A DNA stretch of 64,000 bases from Spirochaetia bacterium (GTDB lineage: Bacteria; Spirochaetota; Spirochaetia; CADAEX01): contig JAGCPA010000077.1 in the NCBI GenBank assembly GCA_017642445.1, positions 13,661 through 77,660 on the forward strand, given 5' to 3'. Shown here one piece after another: positions 19,663-28,371 of the stretch (position 1 is the stretch's first letter; each line of letters opens with the position of its first letter). Under the pieces are notes generated by a model. It did not search any database. It worked only from the letters and a program-made list of their open reading frames with translations, and was not told the origin of the DNA. A program made the translations under genes and the position numbers.

Positions 19663-21057
19663 TCATTTACCCCTGCTCTTTAGTTTTTCCACAATCCGTT
19701 CCATAGCCATGCCTCTGGAGCCCTTTACCACAACCAGGTCTCCCGGCCTGACAAAATCGGCAACAGCCTTTTCCAGCGCCTCGTACTCAGGGCTCCAGAA
19801 AGGGCTCTTTCCCGCATCTATAAGTGCATCATAGGCAGCTTTCATCTCGTCTCCGAAAAGGAAGATGCCTGCCGCATCCGAATAAGAGAGCTTGCGCCCT
19901 ATCTTTGCATGTATGCTGTCAGACTCAGCTCCCTGCTCAAGGAGAGAGCCCAGCACAAACACCACCCGGCTCACGGAAGCGGCGGCCTCGGATGCGAAGT
20001 CCACCACTGCCATAACTGCCTCCAGGTTTGCGTTGTAGCAGTCGCACAGAATCTCTATGCCGCCGGCCTTATACAGTTCTCCCCGGCCGAACATAGTGCT
20101 GGCCCCTTCCAGAGCCTCTTTTATCTGCGCATCTGTTGCCCCGAAATAGCGCCCTACCGCTGCGGCCGCCATTGCGTTCTGGAAGTTATATTTTCCCATG
20201 AGCGGGAAATGTATCTTCTCTTTCCCAAGTGTGAACTCTGAGCCTTCTGTCCCCTTAAGCTCAAAGCCCTCTGCCATGGAGCAGCCATAGGTAAAGTACT
20301 GCCGCTCCTCTCCTACCTGATGCTGCAGGAAGTCGGCGTAATCGTCGTTCTCGTTCACAAAGCCGGCCTCGAGCGACGGATTCTCGGAGAATATCTTTCC
20401 CTTCTCGAATGCTATGCTGTCCTGGGAGCCCAGAATTCCTATATGGGCAGTGCCGATGTTGGTCACAACACCAACCTGCGGATGGAGAACGCCAACCAGG
20501 GCATCCATCTCTCCCCTGTGGTTTATACCCATCTCGAACACGCCGAACTTGTGATCGCTGCGGATGGAGAACATGGAAAGAGGAAGGCCTATCTCGGAGT
20601 TGAGGTTACCTTTGGAGCATACAGTACTGCCAAGCTTTGCGAGGATGGCTGCTGTCAGCTCCTTGGTGGTGGTCTTGCCGCTCGATCCTGTTATGCCGAC
20701 CATCTTGACCGAAGGGAACTTGTCGCGGTAGAACCGGGCCAGGGCCTGGAGAGCTGCAAGGGAATCCTTGACAAGCAGAATGTGACATCTGCCGGACTCA
20801 ATGGTTTTATTTATGTCAGGAGTAAGGTACTCCACAACACACATAGCAGCACCCTTGTCTGCGGCAGAGGGGACAAAGAGGTGGCCGTCGGTCTGTTCCC
20901 CCTTCAATGCGAAGAAGATGGAACCAGGACCGGCCATCCTTGAGTCTGTGCATGCACCTGTAAAATATGTCCCCTCCCCAGAAGACAGCAACTGTCCGCC
21001 AGTTGCCTTAACTATTTCATCTACGGAAAGAGCTAGTTCATTCTTTCCTCTCTGCAT
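19663..21057 (-). CDS. murF: UDP-MurNAc-tripeptide--D-Ala-D-Ala ligase
   Basis: Mur ligase with VGITGSSGKTTTKE and FEMGINHRGEM. Its position upstream of mraY fits murF. Confidence 0.85.
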   Translation of the reverse strand: MQRGKNELALSVDEIVKATGGQLLSSGEGTYFTGACTDSRMAGPGSIFFALKGEQTDGHLFVPSAADKGAAMCVVEYLTPDINKTIESGRCHILLVKDSLAALQALARFYRDKFPSVKMVGITGSSGKTTTKELTAAILAKLGSTVCSKGNLNSEIGLPLSMFSIRSDHKFGVFEMGINHRGEMDALVGVLHPQVGVVTNIGTAHIGILGSQDSIAFEKGKIFSENPSLEAGFVNENDDYADFLQHQVGEERQYFTYGCSMAEGFELKGTEGSEFTLGKEKIHFPLMGKYNFQNAMAAAAVGRYFGATDAQIKEALEGASTMFGRGELYKAGGIEILCDCYNANLEAVMAVVDFASEAAASVSRVVFVLGSLLEQGAESDSIHAKIGRKLSYSDAAGIFLFGDEMKAAYDALIDAGKSPFWSPEYEALEKAVADFVRPGDLVVVKGSRGMAMERIVEKLKSRGK

Positions 21058-21346
21058 CCGATTCTATCTGACTCCTTGTATCAATAATGATAGTCTGCCC
21101 CACACTGGTGTTGGACAGCTTCATTGTCTCCTTAACCTCTTTGACATGCTGCGGTGAGCTGTAGGCTGAAAGAGAAGTAAGCTCCTGCTTGTTCTTCTCG
21201 AACCACTTCTCCTGGGTGTTCTGGTACTCGTTGACCTCGGCCTGAAGCCGCTCATACTTATAACCCTGGTAGATATTAAGGGCAAACAGCCCCATGATTG
21301 CTATGACAAGAACTATTACAGTAAAACTTCCCAACTTTCCTTTCAT
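21038..21346 (-). CDS. ftsL: FtsL-like bitopic coiled-coil division protein
   Basis: 102 aa with an N-terminal TM (FTVIVLVIAIMGLFALNIY) followed by a coiled coil. It occupies the canonical slot after rsmH. The call rests on position and architecture only. Confidence 0.5.
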   Translation of the reverse strand: MKGKLGSFTVIVLVIAIMGLFALNIYQGYKYERLQAEVNEYQNTQEKWFEKNKQELTSLSAYSSPQHVKEVKETMKLSNTSVGQTIIIDTRSQIESDAERKE

Positions 21347-22284
21347 ACAGCCACCTTTTCTGCCACCCGTAACTTTGAGCTGCGGGATGCAGCATTCTCC
21401 GATATCTCAGCCTCGGAGGGAGCTACCGGTTTCTTGGTGATTATATTCACCACCCGGTGATTTCTGCCGCAGGTGCACCGTGGTGCAGAGTCTGGACAGA
21501 TACAATCTTTCTCTTTATCCCGGAAGAAATTCTTTACAATCCTGTCCTCCAGGGAATGGAATGTTATGACAGCTATCCTGCCGCCAGGAACCAGCACCTC
21601 GAGGGCCTTTTCCAGAGCCTCCGGCAGCCGCTCCAGCTCGCCGTTCACGGCGATACGCAGCGCCTGGAAGGTGCGTGTCGCAGGATGAATCTTGCCGTGC
21701 CGGTACCCTTCAGGCACTGCGTGGTAGACTACGTCTGCCAGCTGGGCGGCGGTGGTTATAGGCTTTTCGGCCCGCGCCTCCACTATTGCCCTGGCGATGC
21801 GCCTGGAATAACGCTCTTCCCCATAGTTGTAGATGATGTCGGCCAGGCGCTCTGCCGGATAGTTGTTGACCATATCGGCGGCAGAGACTACCAGGTCGTC
21901 ACCAAGCTCCATGCTCAGAGGCTCTTCCTTGCGGAAAGAGAACCCCCGGCCCGATTTCTCGTAGTGGTATGTGGAAATTCCCAGGTCGAACAGGATCTTG
22001 TCCGGCCGTGGGGATCTGGCGGAATAGTCTGCAAAGAAACGGTTGAACCATGTGTTGCAGAACTGCACCCTCCCCTTGAAAGGGGCAAGACGCTCCTCTG
22101 CAACCTTGAGTATATGATCATCTGCATCCAGGCAGATAAGCTTTATATCGGGATAAGCGGAAAGAAGAGCCTCGGAATGGCCCCCTTCTCCGGTGGTGCA
22201 GTCTATGAACAGTTCGCCTGGCCTTGAGGGTTTTAAATAGGAGAGAACCTCATTTTTAAGTACTGAATAGTGTACCACTTCCAT
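21343..22284 (-). CDS. rsmH: 16S rRNA (cytosine1402-N4)-methyltransferase
   Basis: HYSVLKNEVLSYL...DCTTGEGGHSE...DLGISTYH...ITFHSLEDRIVK is the full RsmH/MraW pattern. Confidence 0.95.
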   Translation of the reverse strand: MEVVHYSVLKNEVLSYLKPSRPGELFIDCTTGEGGHSEALLSAYPDIKLICLDADDHILKVAEERLAPFKGRVQFCNTWFNRFFADYSARSPRPDKILFDLGISTYHYEKSGRGFSFRKEEPLSMELGDDLVVSAADMVNNYPAERLADIIYNYGEERYSRRIARAIVEARAEKPITTAAQLADVVYHAVPEGYRHGKIHPATRTFQALRIAVNGELERLPEALEKALEVLVPGGRIAVITFHSLEDRIVKNFFRDKEKDCICPDSAPRCTCGRNHRVVNIITKKPVAPSEAEISENAASRSSKLRVAEKVAV

Positions 22285-22286
22285 GC

Positions 22287-22718
22287 TTACTGCAGACTCC
22301 TGCCGATGCTTTCCAATGCAGCCTTAACCTTAGATGCATTTTCCTCAATATATTTGTCATAGAGGCTTCTATTCCAAATATCGATATGCTCTTCCATCCC
22401 TTCGCAGATGGAACATTCCTTGGTAAGTCCGGCATACTGGCGCAATGGCAGGGATATGTTGATGCGTCCTGTCCTGTCTATCTCGGTTTCCTGAACCGGG
22501 ATAAGGAAATGGCTCCGCACCACCCTTCCGTCCTCAGTAAAGCTGGAGGTAGTCTGGAGAATACGCTGCTTGAACTGTTCCCACAGCTCGGGGGTGAACA
22601 TCCACAGACAGGTGTCGGCGCCACGGGTAATGTAGAGCTTAGTGCCCTGCATACCGGTCCTGAGTCCTGCCGGAAGCATCATTCTCCCCTTGTCATCCAG
22701 ATTATTCCAATAAATCAC
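22287..22718 (-). CDS. mraZ: Transcriptional regulator MraZ
   Basis: Has two SpoVT/AbrB-like repeats with DxxGR motifs (LDDKGRMMLPAGLR and IDRTGRINISLPLR). The start codon at 22718 is GTG. Confidence 0.9.
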   Translation of the reverse strand: MIYWNNLDDKGRMMLPAGLRTGMQGTKLYITRGADTCLWMFTPELWEQFKQRILQTTSSFTEDGRVVRSHFLIPVQETEIDRTGRINISLPLRQYAGLTKECSICEGMEEHIDIWNRSLYDKYIEENASKVKAALESIGRSLQ

Positions 22719-22724
22719 AACTTT

Positions 22725-22761
22725 CCACCACTAACAACCAAAATTTACCACAATTTACCAC
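22725..22761 (-). promoter_or_regulatory. Putative MraZ operator: four GTGG/TTGG boxes with exact 10-bp phasing
   Basis: The minus strand reads GTGGTAAATT GTGGTAAATT TTGGTTGTTA GTGGTGG. This includes a perfect tandem 10-mer. It lies between the predicted -10 and the mraZ start. Confidence 0.55.
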
Positions 22762-22769
22762 TTATGGAC

Positions 22770-22799
22770 ATTATGGGGGATAGTTGAGAAAAATGTCAA
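22770..22799 (-). promoter_or_regulatory. Sigma70-type promoter of the mraZ/dcw operon
   Basis: The minus strand reads TTGACA (22799-22794), a ~18-nt spacer, then CATAAT (22775-22770). Confidence 0.55.
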
Positions 22800-22841
22800 C
22801 CTTTTTTTCCACTTTTTATAAAATTTTTTTTGGGAACTTTT

Positions 22842-22870
22842 TTGACATCCCCTTCCGCAGTTGTCATACT
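22842..22870 (+). promoter_or_regulatory. Sigma70-type promoter for hisS
   Basis: TTGACA, a 17-nt spacer, then CATACT. It lies 45 nt upstream of hisS ATG 22915. Confidence 0.5.
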
Positions 22871-22914
22871 CCCCATTTTTTTGTATGCTATATATAGAAA
22901 TAAAGGAAAAAACC

Positions 22915-24228
22915 ATGAGCATCATAGAACCTAAAGTCCTAAAAGGATTCAGAGACTCCCTCCCTGCCGAGGAGACAGAGAAGAAGAGGCTGTTCGCCAT
23001 TCTGGAGAAGACATTCACCAGCTTCGGCTTCGCCCCTATCGACACCCCGGTGCTGGAGTATACCAATGTCCTTCTGGGCAAGGGCGGCGGCGAGACTGAC
23101 AAGCAGATCTACCGCTTCACCGACAATGGCGACCGCGATGTCTCCATGCGTTTTGACCTTACTGTTCCCTTTGCCCGGTTTGTGAGCGCGAACCTGGACA
23201 AGCTTCCACTCCCCTTCAAGCGTTACCACATTGCCAAGGTATGGCGCGGCGAGAACACACAGAAAGGGCGCTACCGGGAGTTCTACCAGTGCGACTTCGA
23301 CATAGTGGGGGTAGATTCTGCCGCCGCCGACCTGGAGATTCTGACCATGATCTGCCAGTCCCTCAAGAACATCGGTGTGGACGGCTTCAAGATCCACCTG
23401 GCAAGCAGACAGGTGTTCAACCGCTTCCTGGCCAAGCTGGGAATTCAGGACAAGCTTACCGATATCCTCCGTCTGGTGGACAAGCTGGCCAAGATCGGAG
23501 AGGAAGAGGTGGCAAAACAGCTGGCCGAGATTGCCGGCTCCGATGCTGCAGAGAAGATTCTTTCTTATATAAAGATGGAGGAGAGCTTCGACCAGACCCT
23601 GGCCAAGATCACAGAGCTTGCCGGCGGCGAGGCCGATGACACAGCACGGCTTAACGCACTCAAGAAGGCTTTGGATGACAACGGCCTTGCAGGCTGCTTT
23701 GTCCTTGACCCATCCATAACCCGGGGCCTCGACTACTACACAGGCATTGTGTACGAGACATTCCTGGACAGCGCACCGGAGTTCGGCTCTGTCTGCTCGG
23801 GCGGCCGGTACAACAATCTGGCTTCGCTCTACACCAAGACACAGCTGCCGGGCGTAGGTGCATCCATCGGCATAGACCGTCTTATCTCGGCCCTCGAGAC
23901 GCTTGGGAAGAAGAGCGACAACCAGGCCCTGTGCGACACCATCATATTCAACACCGATGAGCCGCTTTTAGGTCACTACACAAAGATAGCCCTGATGCTG
24001 CGGAAAGAGGGATTCTCCTGCGACCTCTACCCCGAGGCCAAGAAGCTAAACAAGCAGTTCGGCTATGTGGAGAAAAAGCATATCCCTGTGGGAATCATAA
24101 TCGGAACCGATGAATATGAGTCCGGAACTATTACAGTCAAGGACCTCAGGACCAGGGAGAACTTCGAGAAGCTGCCGCTGGAAAAGGGAATAGAGAAAAT
24201 AAAATCTTTACTTAATCACGAGGCATAA
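22915..24228 (+). CDS. hisS: Histidine--tRNA ligase
   Basis: PKVLKGFRDSLP, motif 2 (WRGENTQKGRYREFYQCDFDIVG), motif 3 (GGRYNNL...GVGASIGIDRL). ATG 22915 is preferred over the TTG at 22861. Confidence 0.95.
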   Translation: MSIIEPKVLKGFRDSLPAEETEKKRLFAILEKTFTSFGFAPIDTPVLEYTNVLLGKGGGETDKQIYRFTDNGDRDVSMRFDLTVPFARFVSANLDKLPLPFKRYHIAKVWRGENTQKGRYREFYQCDFDIVGVDSAAADLEILTMICQSLKNIGVDGFKIHLASRQVFNRFLAKLGIQDKLTDILRLVDKLAKIGEEEVAKQLAEIAGSDAAEKILSYIKMEESFDQTLAKITELAGGEADDTARLNALKKALDDNGLAGCFVLDPSITRGLDYYTGIVYETFLDSAPEFGSVCSGGRYNNLASLYTKTQLPGVGASIGIDRLISALETLGKKSDNQALCDTIIFNTDEPLLGHYTKIALMLRKEGFSCDLYPEAKKLNKQFGYVEKKHIPVGIIIGTDEYESGTITVKDLRTRENFEKLPLEKGIEKIKSLLNHEA

Positions 24229-26705
24229 TGCAACCACATGAACTGCCGGTCTACCGGCACAAAGAGACAATATTAGAGTACATAAAAAATAATAAAGTAA
24301 TAGTAATAGAGAGCCCCACAGGAAGCGGAAAGACAACACAGCTTCCTATGATTTTATACGAGGCAGGGTTCTCCACAAACGGAATAATCGGCGTGACACA
24401 GCCACGGCGCATAGCAACCCTTTCGGTATGCGACTACATAGCGCGCCAGCTGGGCTGCGAGGTTCCAGGCACTGTGGGCTACAAGATGCGGTTCGCAGAC
24501 CAGACCATATCAAGCACCAAGATCAAGATAATGACAGACGGCATACTGCTGCAGGAGATAAAGTTCGACCCATACCTGTCGCAGTACAGCTGCATAATTG
24601 TGGACGAGGCACACGAGCGGAGCCTTAACATAGACTTCATACTCGGCCTTCTGAAGAGGATCTCCAATGTGCGGGACGACTTCAAGATAATCATATCGTC
24701 GGCAACCATAAACACATCGGTCTTCTCCGAATACTTCGGCGGCTGTCCCGTAGTCCACATCGACTCAAAGATGTATCCGGTGGGAGTTGTCTACGACCCA
24801 GTGCCTGAGGATGCAAGACCCGAGGAGCTCCTGCTCAAGGTGGGGGACATCGTGGAGCGGTGCATCAGGGAGGAGCGCGAAGGAGACATCCTTATATTCC
24901 TTTCGGGCGAGAAGATGATAAAGGACTGCATAACTATGCTGGATGCAAGCCCAGTGCGGGACAAGCTTATGCTGCTGCCGCTTTACGGAAGGCTCTCCAA
25001 GGAGGAGCAGGAGCGGATCTTCATAGAGACACCGCCCGACAAGACCAAGGTGATAGTTGCAACCAATATCGCAGAGACCAGCGTCACCATTGATGGAATA
25101 ACCACAGTTATAGACTCAGGCCTTGCCAAGATAAACACCTACAACACACGGACATTCACATCATCGCTTTTAGAGGCACCTATCTCAAAGGCATCGTGCA
25201 ACCAGAGGAAAGGAAGGGCCGGAAGAACACAGTCGGGCACATGCTACAGGCTCTACACCAAGCAGAGCTTCGAGAGCCGTGTCATGTTCACCAAGGAGGA
25301 GATCTACCGCACCGACCTGTCAGAGGTTATCCTGCGTATGGCAGAGCTGGGGATCACAGACTTCGAGTCCTTCGACTTCATCTCTTCCCCTGAGAAGAAC
25401 GGCATAAAGAGCGCTATCGAGACTCTTGTCATGCTGGATGCCCTCAACGACGACAACACACTGACAAAGATAGGCGAGATGATGGCGGCCTACCCTCTTC
25501 TGCCACGGCTGTCCAGAATGCTGGTGGAAGCTATCCTCAAGTATCCCGACGTCATCGAGGAGACTATCATAGCTGTCACATTCCTCTCCACCAACAGCCC
25601 GTTCCTGCTGCCGCAAGGTATGGAGATGGAGGCGCGCAAGGCACACCATTCCTTCCGGAGCAAGTATGGCGACTTCGTATCCTACATCGATATATACGAC
25701 TCCTTTGTGAACGCCGAGCACAAGGAGGAGTTCTGCGACTCAAACTTCCTGGACCTGAAGGTTATGAACGAGATTGTCAGCATCAAGGAGCAGCTTGAGG
25801 ACATTGTGGGGGAGCAGGGAATCCCTGTATCTGGCGGCGGCAGTGTCGAGAACTACCTGAGCGCCGTTGCAAAGGGCCTTATACAGTTTGTATGCGTCCG
25901 CACCGGAAAAGGTGCATACTCAAGCCTTACCGCCGAGCGCATCTTCATCCACCCAGGCTCTGTGATGTTCCACGAGAACCCCGATTTCATCGTAGCCGGC
26001 GAGATAGTGCGCACCAGCCGCATGTATGCCCACTCTGTATCGCCTCTCAACACCGAGATACTCAAGAGGATATCGCCTGAGCTTGCCGCAAAGCTGACCA
26101 CCGCCATCCAGAAGGAGGCCAAGGGCAAGGAGAAGGCAGACAACGCATGGCAGATCAAGATAGGCAACCAGTTCTTCGAGCTCAAGAAAGGCAAGGGAAA
26201 CAAGAACAAGACTGCGATACTCCAGTGGGAGAATCTGGCCAAGGTGATCAAGTCGGGCTCGTTCGTTGTTGACCCGCAGTCCAAGGATCTCAAGTGCAAG
26301 GTTATGTGGCACGACATGGAGTTCCTTACAAATGAGAAGCTGCGGGATGTGAAGCGGATGATCCCATATATCCACCCCGAGCGGAAGTTCAAAGAGGAGC
26401 TGCCTTTTGTGGGAAGCATAAGCGCGAACAAGCACTTCGACCAGCTGGCCGACTGCATGGATATACTCCTCTGGCTGTGCCCAAAGAAGAAGAACGGCAA
26501 GGTGCTGGGCTTCATGACACTGCACACCGACGAGAGGGGCAACTACTGGATCAAGTCGGACCGGAGCTTCGACAACTCGGTGCTCACAACACTGGGAAGC
26601 CTCGAGATGCTTATGGACCAGGTGCCTGAAAAGGCAAACCCCAAGAGCATAAATAAGGTGAACTCAACCTACCGGTTCTTCAGCGAGATACTGAAAAAGT
26701 ACTAA
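24228..26705 (+). CDS. DEAH-box ATP-dependent helicase, HrpA/HrpB family
   Basis: Motif I is ESPTGSGKTTQLP, motif II is IVDEAHERS, then SATIN, TNIAETSVTIDG and QRKGRAGR. Its start overlaps the hisS stop (TAATG). Confidence 0.85.
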   Translation: MQPHELPVYRHKETILEYIKNNKVIVIESPTGSGKTTQLPMILYEAGFSTNGIIGVTQPRRIATLSVCDYIARQLGCEVPGTVGYKMRFADQTISSTKIKIMTDGILLQEIKFDPYLSQYSCIIVDEAHERSLNIDFILGLLKRISNVRDDFKIIISSATINTSVFSEYFGGCPVVHIDSKMYPVGVVYDPVPEDARPEELLLKVGDIVERCIREEREGDILIFLSGEKMIKDCITMLDASPVRDKLMLLPLYGRLSKEEQERIFIETPPDKTKVIVATNIAETSVTIDGITTVIDSGLAKINTYNTRTFTSSLLEAPISKASCNQRKGRAGRTQSGTCYRLYTKQSFESRVMFTKEEIYRTDLSEVILRMAELGITDFESFDFISSPEKNGIKSAIETLVMLDALNDDNTLTKIGEMMAAYPLLPRLSRMLVEAILKYPDVIEETIIAVTFLSTNSPFLLPQGMEMEARKAHHSFRSKYGDFVSYIDIYDSFVNAEHKEEFCDSNFLDLKVMNEIVSIKEQLEDIVGEQGIPVSGGGSVENYLSAVAKGLIQFVCVRTGKGAYSSLTAERIFIHPGSVMFHENPDFIVAGEIVRTSRMYAHSVSPLNTEILKRISPELAAKLTTAIQKEAKGKEKADNAWQIKIGNQFFELKKGKGNKNKTAILQWENLAKVIKSGSFVVDPQSKDLKCKVMWHDMEFLTNEKLRDVKRMIPYIHPERKFKEELPFVGSISANKHFDQLADCMDILLWLCPKKKNGKVLGFMTLHTDERGNYWIKSDRSFDNSVLTTLGSLEMLMDQVPEKANPKSINKVNSTYRFFSEILKKY

Positions 26706-27097
26706 AGGACAGAAACTCCCAGAGATTTTGCCAGAGCCTTGAACTTCTTGTCCGTGGTCAGAAGAGTTGCCCCGTTGTGCCGGGCAAGCACCAAATAGAA
26801 CATATCGTAGATGCTGTGTCCCAGCCGTATTCCCTCGTGCAGGGCTTCTATTGCCAGCTCGCTGGTGTCAGTGTATTCATCCACCATCTGCAGGAGATAA
26901 GCGAGAGTCTTCCTTGCATTCTCCTCATCTACCGCACCATTCCGTGCATATTTCCAAAGCACATTGGTCACCTCAGAGTCAAACAAAGTGGGTGCAATAA
27001 CTTTCTCTGCACCAGCAACCGCATTCATGAAGAGACTATATTTAGGCCCATGAAAAGCAATCTCAAAGGCAGCGCAGGTATCTAAAACATAAATCAT
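26702..27097 (-). CDS. vapC: PIN-domain toxin, VapC family
   Basis: 131 aa. The acidic PIN residues fall in VLDT, DSEV, YDMFY and TTD contexts. A 4-nt overlap links it to the upstream small gene. Confidence 0.85.
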   Translation of the reverse strand: MIYVLDTCAAFEIAFHGPKYSLFMNAVAGAEKVIAPTLFDSEVTNVLWKYARNGAVDEENARKTLAYLLQMVDEYTDTSELAIEALHEGIRLGHSIYDMFYLVLARHNGATLLTTDKKFKALAKSLGVSVL

Positions 27098-27366
27098 CTG
27101 AGCCTGCCTCCCCTACTGAGACCATCCCTGTCCTGCCGCACCAGATCAGCTGGAGAAGGGGAATGGGAAGGCAGATGAAGTTCCAGAGCATCAAGATCAT
27201 TCAGCACCCTGCGGCGCCGTGCGCCGTTCTTGTTATCATCTGCGTTTAATATGGAAGTAAGCAGGAAAATAACCTGCTGGGGAACTGTACGGTTCTGCTC
27301 CTTGGCCACCTGAGCCAGAATCTGATATGTCTCCTGGGGAAAATCCCGGACCTGTAATAATGCCAT
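27094..27366 (-). CDS. VapB/FitA-like antitoxin (RHH-type)
   Basis: MALLQVRDFPQETYQILAQVAKEQNRTVPQQVIFLL is the N-terminus of an RHH antitoxin. ATG 27366 has AAGGAG upstream, whereas the ORF-track start is 27396. Confidence 0.6.
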   Translation of the reverse strand: MALLQVRDFPQETYQILAQVAKEQNRTVPQQVIFLLTSILNADDNKNGARRRRVLNDLDALELHLPSHSPSPADLVRQDRDGLSRGGRLR

Positions 27367-27375
27367 AAATGCTCC

Positions 27376-27407
27376 TTGTATGCAAAATGATATCAACTTG
27401 CATACAA
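27376..27407. promoter_or_regulatory. Perfect 10-bp inverted repeat, candidate VapBC autoregulatory operator
   Basis: TTGTATGCAA, 12 nt, then TTGCATACAA. It lies immediately upstream of the vapB SD and start. Confidence 0.5.
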
Positions 27408-27433
27408 AAATAATATAAGCTATTTTATGGCTG

Positions 27434-28210
27434 TTGTCAAATTTCCAACTTTTTTCTCCAAAGTCAAATCAAAATGAAGATTTCATGTTCCAATTAACCA
27501 AAGATGAAACAGAAATACTATCGAGGTCAAAAATTTTGACCTCGATAATGCAGACAGAAGGCATGAGAGGTGGCCGCGTATATCTCCCACATGCTTTTAC
27601 AGAACAGGGCATCTATATGCTTATGACGGTTCTAAAGGGAGAATTGGCAACTAGGCAAAGCATTGCTTTAGTCCGACTATTCAAGCAGATGCGCCACTAC
27701 TTTGCCGAAAATGCTGGAGTAATCAGCAGATTATCTTCCACAGAAACAAAATTGATTGAGCACGATCAAAAAATTAACACTCTTTTCACCCTCATGAACA
27801 AATATAAGATTGAGGATAAACAGGGTGTATTTGTCCAGGGGCAGATATTCGATGCATACATTGCTTTTCAAAATATAATTCAAAAAGCCCAGAAAGAAAT
27901 TATACTGATTGACAATTATATTGACCTGACTGTGCTGGAAAGGCTCTCCAAGAAGAATCCAAATGTGCAGGTTATCATTTACACTCAGCCCAACACTCAA
28001 ATATCAAATATTGATATAAACAAGTTCAATACCCAATACCCTACTCTAACCATAAAGCATACAAAAAAAATGCATGACCGCTTCCTGATAATTGACAACG
28101 CCGAGATTTATTTCATCGGAGCATCTGTAAAAGATTTAGGGAAGAAATGCTTTGCATTTATGCAACTTGAAGATGCACAGTGGATTAGAACAGTGCTCAA
28201 TGCTTTATAA
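27434..28210 (+). CDS. ORF6N-family protein lacking the N-terminal part of the ORF6N/KilA-N-like domain, with a C-terminal HDRFLIID...GAS (PLD-like) region
   Basis: NEDFMFQLTKDE...GRVYLPHAFTEQGIYMLMTVLKGELATRQSIALVRLF matches the distal half of ORF6N domains. The frame opens only at 27419. The start is uncertain, either TTG 27434 or ATG 27485. Confidence 0.6.
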   Translation: MSNFQLFSPKSNQNEDFMFQLTKDETEILSRSKILTSIMQTEGMRGGRVYLPHAFTEQGIYMLMTVLKGELATRQSIALVRLFKQMRHYFAENAGVISRLSSTETKLIEHDQKINTLFTLMNKYKIEDKQGVFVQGQIFDAYIAFQNIIQKAQKEIILIDNYIDLTVLERLSKKNPNVQVIIYTQPNTQISNIDINKFNTQYPTLTIKHTKKMHDRFLIIDNAEIYFIGASVKDLGKKCFAFMQLEDAQWIRTVLNAL

Positions 28211-28322
28211 TCACCACTCGATATAGGGCACGCCCAGCTGCTCCTCAAGCCACAGCGCTATCTCGCCCGCTATGTTCTCCAGCTTGGTATCCATGGCCAA
28301 AGTATACCACAGAAATAAAACA

Positions 28323-28351
28323 TTGACATCTCAAACCATGACAATTATATT
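28323..28351 (+). promoter_or_regulatory. Sigma70-type promoter for the RiPP precursor gene
   Basis: TTGACA, a 17-nt spacer, then TATATT. An AGGAG SD lies 7 nt before ATG 28372. Confidence 0.55.
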
Positions 28352-28371
28352 TACTATATAAGGAGATAAAT

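Noticed and set aside
22871-22914. Possible T-box or attenuator leaders upstream of hisS (and of ilvB at 2990-3031)
   Set aside because: The leaders between the predicted -10 elements and the start codons are only ~40-45 nt. That is far too short for a T-box riboswitch or leader-peptide attenuator, and I found no terminator/antiterminator hairpins.
22755-23102. 115-aa minus-strand ORF spanning the mraZ-hisS intergenic region and the start of hisS
   Set aside because: It runs through two predicted promoters and the hisS N-terminus. It has no SD and a low-complexity sequence.
28211-28294. Short GC-rich minus-strand ORF (27 aa, MDTKLENIAGEIALWLEEQLGVPYIEW) abutting the 3' end of the ORF6N gene
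   Set aside because: Its host-like GC content inside the AT-rich patch suggested a relic of a disrupted native gene. It is too short, has no SD, and I cannot match it to any family. It is noted only as a possible junction scar.
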